From NCBI RefSeq assembly GCF_005696695.1, contig NZ_CP040006.1, positions 2,310,001 through 2,342,000 on the forward strand: a stretch of 32,000 bases of DNA, in the 5' to 3' direction. This document shows, one piece after another, positions 17,598 through 25,405 of the stretch. How positions within the stretch are numbered: the stretch's first letter is position 1; each line of letters opens with the position of its first letter. The notes under the pieces were generated by a model. That model made no database searches. It was not told the DNA's origin and saw nothing but the letters and a program-made list of their open reading frames with translations. The translations under genes were made by a program, and so were the position numbers. The stretch comes from Schaalia odontolytica (GTDB lineage: Bacteria > Actinomycetota > Actinomycetes > Actinomycetales > Actinomycetaceae).

Positions 17598-17611
17598 CGC
17601 GGTATCGCGCA
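17598..17611. promoter_or_regulatory. candidate operator, copy 2 (TGCGCG-GTAT-CGCGCA)
   Basis: A 6-4-6 inverted repeat sharing an identical 14-nt core with 17442-17455. It lies between the ABC operon and the DeoR gene. Confidence 0.35.
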
Positions 17612-17730
17612 CATTCGCGCCGAAAGTTCGGTACAGTGTCAAGCGGGCGGCGATCACGATGCACTATTGCGAGCATCATTTTTCCCCTAGCCGCACCCCG
17701 CGTAGACCATAGCCAGCAGAAGGAACCATC

Positions 17731-18480
17731 GTGACCCGGCAAGACACCATTGTCTCCATGATTGAGGCAACCGGCTTCGAGACCGTGTCCTCGTTGGCAG
17801 AGGCTCTCGACGTGAACGTGTCAACCATCCGCAGGGACCTGGAGCACCTGGCCGAGGCCGGCCTCGTGCGCCGTACCCACGGTGGCGCGATCCCGATCCC
17901 CCAGGACGAGGACACCGAGGAGTTCCTGCAGGATTCCCCGAACCGCGCGGAGAAGCGTGCGATCGGCCCCGCCATGGCGGAGCGCATCCTGGACGGCCAG
18001 TCCGTGTTCATCGATTCGGGGTCGACGTGCCTCGAGGTGGCTCGGGCCCTCGACGCGCGCCGCGTGACCGTCGTGACGCACGATCTGCTGGTAGGTCTCG
18101 AGATTTTGAAGAAGCCTTCCCTGAACCTGGTGTTCGTGGGCGGCGAGCTGCTGCCGAACCGGACCCACATGTGGGGGCCCACCGCCATCGATCAGCTGGA
18201 GCACATCCGCGTGAACACGGCTGTTTTCGGCGCGAATTCGGTGATGGAGGACGGCATTTACGCGTCCACCGGCTACTCGATCGAGCTGCAGCAGAAGGTC
18301 CGCTCGATCGCGTCGACGGCCTACTTCGTCGCGGATTCGACGAAGTTCGGCCGCAACGCCCTGTACAAGGTCCTCGGCATCGACGCGTTCACGGCGGGCA
18401 TCACGGACTCGTTCCTCTCCCCCATCTCGGCGGCGGCCTACCCGATCCCCCTCATCCGGGCTGAGGTCGCGCAGAGTTAG
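17731..18480 (+). CDS. DeoR-family transcriptional regulator
   Basis: It has an N-terminal HTH (VSSLAEALDVNVSTIRRDLEHLAEAGLVRRTHGGA) and a DeoR C-terminal sugar-phosphate sensor domain. AGGA lies 6 nt before GTG 17731. Confidence 0.88.
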   Translation: MTRQDTIVSMIEATGFETVSSLAEALDVNVSTIRRDLEHLAEAGLVRRTHGGAIPIPQDEDTEEFLQDSPNRAEKRAIGPAMAERILDGQSVFIDSGSTCLEVARALDARRVTVVTHDLLVGLEILKKPSLNLVFVGGELLPNRTHMWGPTAIDQLEHIRVNTAVFGANSVMEDGIYASTGYSIELQQKVRSIASTAYFVADSTKFGRNALYKVLGIDAFTAGITDSFLSPISAAAYPIPLIRAEVAQS

Positions 18481-18550
18481 TTGGGGGCGCCGCACCACGG
18501 TGCTATAACGCAGCAATCCCCTTGTAGCCACACCACGGCACCCAACTAGC

Positions 18551-18578
18551 TTGTGTGTCGTAGATTACCCGCTATTCT
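18551..18578 (+). promoter_or_regulatory. putative promoter giving a leaderless or near-leaderless Type ISP transcript
   Basis: TTGTGT (18551-18556), a 16-nt spacer, then TATTCT (18573-18578). ATG 18586 lies 7 nt after the -10 box, with no SD sequence. Confidence 0.3.
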
Positions 18579-18585
18579 TGGTCGC

Positions 18586-21500
18586 ATGACTGCTGCGCGC
18601 GACGACGACTTCATGGCTCTGCCCGGTATGGAAGCGGATTCCACCGAGACCCACCACGGCCGGGAACGTTTGTCAGATGAAGCCACCCCCACCTCCCCAA
18701 ACGCCTCCTCGAAGTCAGCGCTCGATGCCCTGCTGGATGAGTACCGTGCGCGCGCGAAGAGCGAGCGCGAGAAGGGCACGCTGTTTGAGGAGCTGACGCG
18801 TCAGTTCCTGCTCCACGATGCGCGTTTCGCGCACCAGTTCAAGGAAATCTACCTGTGGAGCGAGTGGCCCGAGCGCCGCACAGGCGACACGGGTATTGAC
18901 CTGGTGGCGATCCCGGTCGACGAAAACGCAGGCCCGGTCGCCATCCAGTGCAAGTTCTACGCGCTGGGTCATCGCATTCAGAAGGCGGACATTGACTCGT
19001 TCCTGTCGGCGTCGGGCAAGGAGCCGTTCGGTCGCCGCATCGTCGTGGACACGTCGGGCGCGCCGTGGGGCAAGAACGCGCAGGACGCGATCGAGGGCCA
19101 GCAGATCCCGGTTTCCCGCATCACACTGGCAGATCTGCGCGATTCGGACATTGATTGGCGCACGTATTCGCTGGGTTCGACGCAGGCGCCGAAGACCCGC
19201 GAGCGCAAGGTTCCGCGCGACCATCAGGTGCGTGCGCGCAGCGCGGTGATATCGGGCTTCGAGGAGCACGACCGCGGCACGATGGTCATGGCGTGCGGCA
19301 CGGGTAAGACGTTCACGGCGCTCACGATCGCGCGCGAGTTCGTGGAGAAGGAGGGCGGCACCGCCCGGATCCTGTTCGCTGTCCCCTCGCTCGCGCTTCT
19401 CAAGCAGACGCTGGACGATTGGGCGGCCGAGGCCGATGGCGCGTTCACGGCGTGGGCGGTGTGTTCGGATACGAAGGTGTCCTCGTCGGCGCGTAACGAC
19501 ACGGCCGAGGAGTCGGCGGTGGACCTGCCGATCCCGGCGACGACAGACGGCCAGCGCCTCGCGGACTCCCTGAATGCGAATAACACGACGGAGGGACTGC
19601 AGGTCGTCTTCGCGACGTACCAGTCGATCGAGGTCATTCACCGCGCGCAGGAGATCGCGGGCGATGAGTGGCGCGATTTCGACCTGATCATCTGCGACGA
19701 GGCCCACCGCACGACGGGTGCGACGCTGACGGGCGAGGACGAGAGCGCGTTCACGAAGATCCACAGCGACGAGTTCATCCGCCGTGCGAAGACCCTCTAC
19801 ATGACGGCAACGCCGCGTATTTTCGCGGAGAACGCGAAGAATAGGGCGTCGGAGAAGGACGCGATCCTGACTTCGATGGACGACCAGGAGACCTACGGTC
19901 CGGTGTTCTTCCGCCTGGGCTTCGGCCAGGCGGTGAAGGAGAACCTGCTGACGGACTACAAGGTCATCATCCTGACGGTCAGTGAGGAGGAGGTGTCGCA
20001 GCACTATCAGGCGATCGCCGAGATGGGCGGCGAGCTGAACCTGGACACGGCCGCGAAGCTGACGGGCTGCTGGAACGCGCTGGCTAAGCGCAAGAATCGC
20101 GGCTCGGACGTGGACTACGGCGAGGATCGTGCGCCGATGCGCCGCGCCGTGGCCTTCTGCAAGGACATCAAGGCCTCGAAGGCGGTGGCCACACAGTTCC
20201 CGGACCTGGTAAACGGCCCCTTTGGCCTGAGCGACCTCAGCAACGATGACGCGTCGGATAACCTGCAGGTCGAGTGCCGCCACGTGGACGGCACGATGAA
20301 CGCCGCGGTGCGTGCACGCGAAATGGATTGGCTGACCGAGGGCGCGGGCACGGACGAGGTCCCGGTGTGCCGCATCCTGACGAACGCGCGCTGCCTGAGC
20401 GAGGGCGTGGACGTGCCCACGCTGGACGCGGTGCTCTTCCTGTCGCCGCGCAAGTCGCAGGTGGATGTCATCCAGGCGGTGGGCCGCGTGATGCGCCGCG
20501 CGGAGGGCAAGGATTTCGGTTACATCATCTTGCCCGTGGCCGTGCCGGTGGGCATGGCGCCGGAGCGCGCGCTGGACGACAACAAGCGCTTCCAGGTCGT
20601 ATGGCAGGTCCTCAAGGCCCTGCGCGCCCACGACGAGCGCCTGGACGCGGCGATCAACTCGATGGAGCTCAACGGCCAGGGGCCGGAGAACATCATCGTC
20701 GAGCAGGTCTCCCTCGAGAAGGCGAAGAAGCAGGACGATCCGCTCGGGGGCAGTGCACCCGATGGGGACGAGGCCGGGGCCGGGTCCTCGGGTTCCGGAG
20801 CGGACGGCGTGGCCCAGGGCATCCAGGGTCAGCTGACGCTTCTTCCCTCGGATTGGAAGGAGTCGGTGTTCGGCCGGATCGTGAAGAAGGTGGGCTCGTC
20901 CCTGTACTGGGAGGACTGGTCCAAGGACATCGCGACCGTGGCGGACCGCTACATTCACCTCATCGATCGCCTGCTGGAGGATCCGGAGCGCCAGGACGCG
21001 TTCCAGGAGTTCGTGAACGCGCTGCGCGCAACCCTAAACCCAGCCGTGGACAACGAGTCGGCGGTGGAGATGCTGGCCCAGCACATTCTCACCGCGCCGC
21101 TGTTTGACGCGATGTTCCCGGATCATTCGTTCTCGAAGCAGAACCCGGTGAGCCGCGCGATGAACACGATCGTGGAGATGCTGGCGTCGCACTCGATGTT
21201 CGAAAACGAGCGCCGCGAGCTGGATTCCTTCTATCGGGCGATGGTCGAGCGCATCGAGGCCGTGCACACCCTGGCGGGCAAGCAGGAGATCATGCGCACG
21301 CTCTACGACCGCTTCTTCTCCCAGGCCTTCCCACGCATGAGCGAGCGCCTGGGCATCGTCTTCACGCCCGTCGAGGTCGTCGACTTCATTATCCGCAGCG
21401 CGGATGATGCAATGCGCACGGCGTTTGGCCAGAGTCTGGGGGATCCGGGCGTGGCTATCATCGAGCCTTTCGCCGGAACCGGCACCTTCGTGGCGCGCCT

Positions 21501-23712
21501 GTTGCAACTGGGCGTCATCCCGCCCGAGGCCCTGGAACGCAAGTATAAGAACGAGATCTTCGCGAACGAGTTCGTGCTGCTCTCCTACTACATCGCGTCA
21601 ATCAACATCGAGCAGGTCTACCACCAGGTGCGCGCCGAACAGGGCGTGGACGAGGGCTACGTCGAGTTCCCCGGCATGACCCTGACGGACACCTTCCAGC
21701 TCCACGAGGGCGACGGCACGATCACCGAGGACTTCGAGGGCCTGGCCGCCAACAACGAGCGCGCGAAGGCGGAGAAGGATTCCGCAATCACGGTGATCGT
21801 GATGAACCCGCCGTACTCAGCGGGCCAAAAGGAAGAGAACGACAAGAACAAGAATCTCAAGTACCCCCGTCTGGACGAGAGAATCGAAGAAACGTACGTC
21901 CGCCAATCTGGAGCTGGCCTGATGACCAAGCTCTACGATTCCTACTTCCGCGCCCTGCGCTGGGCGTCGGACCGAATCGGGGCGCGGGGCGTCATCGCCT
22001 TCGTCTCCAACAGCTCCTTCCTCGATGCGAACAGCACAGACGGTGTGCGTCTTACACTGCAGGATGAGTTCTCCCAAATCTTCGTCTACGACATGAAGGG
22101 GAACGCACGAACATCCGGTGAGCGCCGGCGACGCGAAGGCGGAAACGTTTTCGAGTCTGGTTCTCGCACGGGTGTAGCCATCACCATCCTAGTGAAGGAC
22201 CCCACCCACTCCAGCACCGCCGAGATCTTCTACGCGGAGGCGGAGGACTACGCGACGCGGCAGGAGAAGCTCGACCAGATCACCAACTACGGATCCATTG
22301 AGGGGATCAGCGGAACAGATGCATTCCGCACCATCACGCCGAACGAGCACGGCGACTGGATCAGTACACGCGACGAGCATTTTGCTACCTTCCAAGAAAT
22401 CGGCAATCAAGCCCTCAAGGGAAAGATGGCTTCTCCAGGCATTTTCCAACAATTCTCACTTGGATTGGGAACAAACCGTGATGCATGGTGCTACAACTTC
22501 TCAGGTACGGCTGTGTCCTCGAACATGCACCGCATGATCGACAATTACAATTCACATGTTAAAGCCAAACGTACGAGCGCAAACGCAACCACGGATGCCA
22601 CGCAAATTAATTGGAATGATCGACTGCTTCGAGACCTCAACAGCCAGAAGATTCACCATTACGAGCACGCAGCGCTACGCGTGAGCATGTATCGTCCCTT
22701 CTGTATACAACATGTATATTTCTCAAGGGAAATGAACAATAGAACATATCAGCTTCCGCAACTCTTCCCTACAATTGCACACAGAAATCTATCCTTCGTA
22801 GTCTCCAGAGGGGATATTACAAAAATTGGTCCGCTAATGACCGACTTTCTCCCCGACCTGCATCTTGTGGGAGATGCGCAGACATTCCCCCTCTACACCT
22901 GGGAGCCCCTCTCCCCCACCTCCGGTGGCGAGCCGGACCTGTTCGCGGACCTGGCAACCTCCTCGGAGAGCCAGGCGGATGGGGTGGCCACGGCCTCGTC
23001 ACTTGATTTCTCGCGGCCGATCGGCGACCAGATCCCGGTGATCCTGGACGGCTATCGCCGCGTCGATAACGTCACGGACGCGACGCTAGCCTCGTACCGG
23101 GAGCACTACGGGGATGCGGGGATCACGAAGGAGGACATTTTCTTCTACGTGTACGCGCTGCTGCATCACCCGGAGTATCGGGAGCGCTACGAGGATGATT
23201 TGAAGAAGATGCTGCCGCATATTCCTCGTGCGGCGGGTTTCCACACGTATGCGAGTGTGGGCCGCGAGCTGGCGGACCTGCACGTGAACTACGAGCGGGT
23301 GGAGCCGTATCCGTCGGTGCAGGAGGAGGCGAGCTTGCACGCGCCTGCCGACCCGTGGGAGCGCTACCGGATCGGTGAGCGCAAGATGCGTTTCCCGAAG
23401 CTGGGGCGCCGCGATAAGGACTTTACGCGCTTGGAGTACAACGACTACGTGACCCTGACGGGCATTCCCGCAGAGGCGCAGGGCTATTCAATTTCGGGCC
23501 GCAGCCCGCTCGAGTGGATCATCGACCGCTACCACGTCAAGACGGACAAGGCGTCGGGCATCGTCAACGACCCGAACGACTTCCTGCGCGAGCAGGGCCG
23601 CCCCGACGCGGTCGTAGACCTGATCAAGCGCCTGGTGACCGTCTCGATGCGAACCCAGGAGCTCCTGGCGACGCTGCCCGCGTTGGAGATTCCGGAAGGG
23701 GCAGACCAATGA
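18586..23712 (+). CDS. Type ISP restriction-modification enzyme (Mrr-like nuclease + SF2 translocase + N6-adenine methyltransferase + specificity/C-terminal domain in one polypeptide)
   Basis: Nuclease: GIDLVAIP...VAIQCKFY. Helicase: MACGTGKTFTA, ICDEAHRTTG, YMTATPR, QAVGRVMRR. Methyltransferase: IEPFAGTGTF and VMNPPYSAGQ...YPRLDERIEETY. The C-terminal FPLYTW...MLPHIP block is as in LlaGI/LlaBIII-type enzymes. The start is uncertain (GTG 18553, ATG 18586 or downstream Met codons). Confidence 0.85.
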   Translation: MTAARDDDFMALPGMEADSTETHHGRERLSDEATPTSPNASSKSALDALLDEYRARAKSEREKGTLFEELTRQFLLHDARFAHQFKEIYLWSEWPERRTGDTGIDLVAIPVDENAGPVAIQCKFYALGHRIQKADIDSFLSASGKEPFGRRIVVDTSGAPWGKNAQDAIEGQQIPVSRITLADLRDSDIDWRTYSLGSTQAPKTRERKVPRDHQVRARSAVISGFEEHDRGTMVMACGTGKTFTALTIAREFVEKEGGTARILFAVPSLALLKQTLDDWAAEADGAFTAWAVCSDTKVSSSARNDTAEESAVDLPIPATTDGQRLADSLNANNTTEGLQVVFATYQSIEVIHRAQEIAGDEWRDFDLIICDEAHRTTGATLTGEDESAFTKIHSDEFIRRAKTLYMTATPRIFAENAKNRASEKDAILTSMDDQETYGPVFFRLGFGQAVKENLLTDYKVIILTVSEEEVSQHYQAIAEMGGELNLDTAAKLTGCWNALAKRKNRGSDVDYGEDRAPMRRAVAFCKDIKASKAVATQFPDLVNGPFGLSDLSNDDASDNLQVECRHVDGTMNAAVRAREMDWLTEGAGTDEVPVCRILTNARCLSEGVDVPTLDAVLFLSPRKSQVDVIQAVGRVMRRAEGKDFGYIILPVAVPVGMAPERALDDNKRFQVVWQVLKALRAHDERLDAAINSMELNGQGPENIIVEQVSLEKAKKQDDPLGGSAPDGDEAGAGSSGSGADGVAQGIQGQLTLLPSDWKESVFGRIVKKVGSSLYWEDWSKDIATVADRYIHLIDRLLEDPERQDAFQEFVNALRATLNPAVDNESAVEMLAQHILTAPLFDAMFPDHSFSKQNPVSRAMNTIVEMLASHSMFENERRELDSFYRAMVERIEAVHTLAGKQEIMRTLYDRFFSQAFPRMSERLGIVFTPVEVVDFIIRSADDAMRTAFGQSLGDPGVAIIEPFAGTGTFVARLLQLGVIPPEALERKYKNEIFANEFVLLSYYIASINIEQVYHQVRAEQGVDEGYVEFPGMTLTDTFQLHEGDGTITEDFEGLAANNERAKAEKDSAITVIVMNPPYSAGQKEENDKNKNLKYPRLDERIEETYVRQSGAGLMTKLYDSYFRALRWASDRIGARGVIAFVSNSSFLDANSTDGVRLTLQDEFSQIFVYDMKGNARTSGERRRREGGNVFESGSRTGVAITILVKDPTHSSTAEIFYAEAEDYATRQEKLDQITNYGSIEGISGTDAFRTITPNEHGDWISTRDEHFATFQEIGNQALKGKMASPGIFQQFSLGLGTNRDAWCYNFSGTAVSSNMHRMIDNYNSHVKAKRTSANATTDATQINWNDRLLRDLNSQKIHHYEHAALRVSMYRPFCIQHVYFSREMNNRTYQLPQLFPTIAHRNLSFVVSRGDITKIGPLMTDFLPDLHLVGDAQTFPLYTWEPLSPTSGGEPDLFADLATSSESQADGVATASSLDFSRPIGDQIPVILDGYRRVDNVTDATLASYREHYGDAGITKEDIFFYVYALLHHPEYRERYEDDLKKMLPHIPRAAGFHTYASVGRELADLHVNYERVEPYPSVQEEASLHAPADPWERYRIGERKMRFPKLGRRDKDFTRLEYNDYVTLTGIPAEAQGYSISGRSPLEWIIDRYHVKTDKASGIVNDPNDFLREQGRPDAVVDLIKRLVTVSMRTQELLATLPALEIPEGADQ

Positions 23713-24339
23713 AAGCACAAGGTAACCAGCCTATTGCACTATTCAAACGGCACCCGCGCACCGATCCAAAATCCCTCGTGATGCATAACCAAGTATACCG
23801 CCTGGGCGAGTTATCAGAAGCGCATTATGAATCCACAGTAGTCATTTCCAGCAAGTTCGACGGACAAGCTACATCCGACACTTTCCTTCTACCTTATCTA
23901 TTCCTAATGCGCCACGCCTTCGAATTATCACTCAAAGATGGAATAATAGTTCTCAAAAAAACTTAGAATAGAGCACTTTGTTGCAGATCCGGAAGTAGCA
24001 TTCAACTACATGTCACCAATTGACTACGTTACTGATATCGGACACAATTTAATGAAGCTCTTTAACGAATTCAAACGAGAATATAATTCATTTGACTTCA
24101 TGGATAGGTTCCCCAAAGGAGTTGAAACTGCATTAATTCTTCTCCACCAAGCAGATAAATAGAGCACCGAATTTAGATACGGCACGGAGCCGCAGGATGA
24201 ACCGTCACATATCGACTCAGCATCACTCTGCGCAGAACTGAGTACACAATTCCAAAAACTATCGACTGTTATCGACTACGCTTGTGGCACCTGCTCATAC
24301 CTTCCCATTGCTCGATATCAGGGCAGTGTCAATGTGTGA
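23709..24339 (+). pseudogene. HEPN-like domain gene, disrupted (A-tract frameshift, in-frame amber codon, 3' end replaced by IS30 end)
   Basis: The ATG overlaps the Type ISP stop (ATGA at 23709-23712). The frame shifts by +1 at the A7 run (23955-23961). There is an in-frame TAG at 24160-24162. HEPN-like helices LMRHAFELSLKD, DIGHNLMKLFNEF and (TAG)STEFRYG are present. The last 7 codons lie inside the IS30 inverted repeat. GC is about 40%. Confidence 0.6.
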
Positions 24340-25384
24340 TAGCAATGAGCTGGTTGAACCCTTTGAGGGTGCGTCTGGGGCAGTTGTTCAGTTCATTGAC
24401 GATGGCTTCGAGGTAGGGTTGGTGGGTGGTGATGGGGTTCGTTTGGGCAGGTAGTGACGGAAGAGTCGGTTGGTGTTTTCGTTAGTCCCGTTTCTCAAAG
24501 ACTGTGGGGGTCAGCGAAGAACACGTCTACGCCAATGCCTAGGATGAGGCGCTGGTGGTGGGTCATTTCTCGTCCCCTTGGCCCCCGTGTCAGTTGCCTC
24601 GCACCGTTGGGGAGTGGGGTGAATACGGCGGGTGAACGCGTCACAGACTTGGTCGACCCTCCGCCCGAGAGGCAGAACCACCATAAATCAGGTAGCGGAT
24701 GGCTGCCTCGACCAGGATTGTCTGCGCAATAGCCCCATCTCGGCTGATACGTGAGGTCACCTTCGAGGTGCCCATGATTCTTCGGTAGGCAATGTTGGCG
24801 CACCTCAATCGATTAATCACGTTTCAATCATCGGTGGCGAAAAATCACCCGCTCGGTCTATCTTGCAGATCCACCACGCGGAGGGCAAGCAAATGCTGTG
24901 ATCGATCAACGTCTACTTGGGTTGGGCGTAGATCCAGGTTCGATCGCCTCACGGCTAATCGCAACCGTGGGCGTCGGGAGAATTGTCCGTAGGAACCACT
25001 GTGCCACACACCTCAGCACTCAGACGTCGATCTGCCCTGGCGGGGCGTGCGCCCCTGCGACAAATCAGAGATAACACATCGGCGAAGAGCCATATCACGG
25101 TCCCGAAGCCACATCTTGGGCGATCCTCGCGGCTAGTGCCACGCTCAGGGCTTTCTCGGCCTGATACACGCCGTCAGGACCTGCATGGCGGGCGACCTAG
25201 CGGCATTCCACCGAGGGGATAGGCCCAACCCAACGAGCGATACGAACCCTAGGAGAGGCCCACCTCCAAGCCCGCCATGATCACCACACGATTCCAAACA
25301 CTGCACATCAGACGACAGTTCACAACCACCCACCCAACAGCATTAGTACCACACAAATTGCTCACAGCCTATGACACTGCCCTG
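24319..25384 (-). mobile_element. IS30-family insertion sequence (about 1.07 kb) with a decayed transposase
   Basis: The terminal inverted repeats are CAGGGCAGTGTCA... at 24319 and ...TGACACTGCCCTG ending at 25384. A further imperfect match (TGTGA..GCAAT) extends the repeat to about 28 bp. The internal minus-strand frames carry IS30 transposase motifs. Confidence 0.75.
24329..25278 (-). pseudogene. IS30-family transposase, multiply frameshifted
   Basis: Minus-strand fragments: VFFADPHS, then a frameshift, then LRNGTNENTNRLFRHYLPK, then another frameshift, then LEAIVNELNNCPRRTLKGFNQ. These correspond to the DDE C-terminal region of IS30 transposases. The N-terminal HTH-like pieces contain stops. 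Confidence 0.7.
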
Positions 25385-25405
25385 TGTTGAGGCTATCCTT
25401 GCAGT

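Noticed and set aside
23514-23966. The 150-aa ORF in the track that starts inside the Type ISP gene.
   Set aside because: Only the last 85 codons (from ATG 23709, overlapping the RM stop) are plausible. The upstream 65 codons are an out-of-frame overlap with the well-supported Type ISP C-terminus.
23967-24167. The 10-mer AATAGAGCAC occurs at both lesion sites of the HEPN-like pseudogene (23967-23976 and 24158-24167). I considered a recoding signal or a recombination footprint.
   Set aside because: The two copies are in different frames relative to the gene. A single 10-mer repeat within about 600 bp of AT-rich DNA is not very improbable by chance. I see no associated structure.
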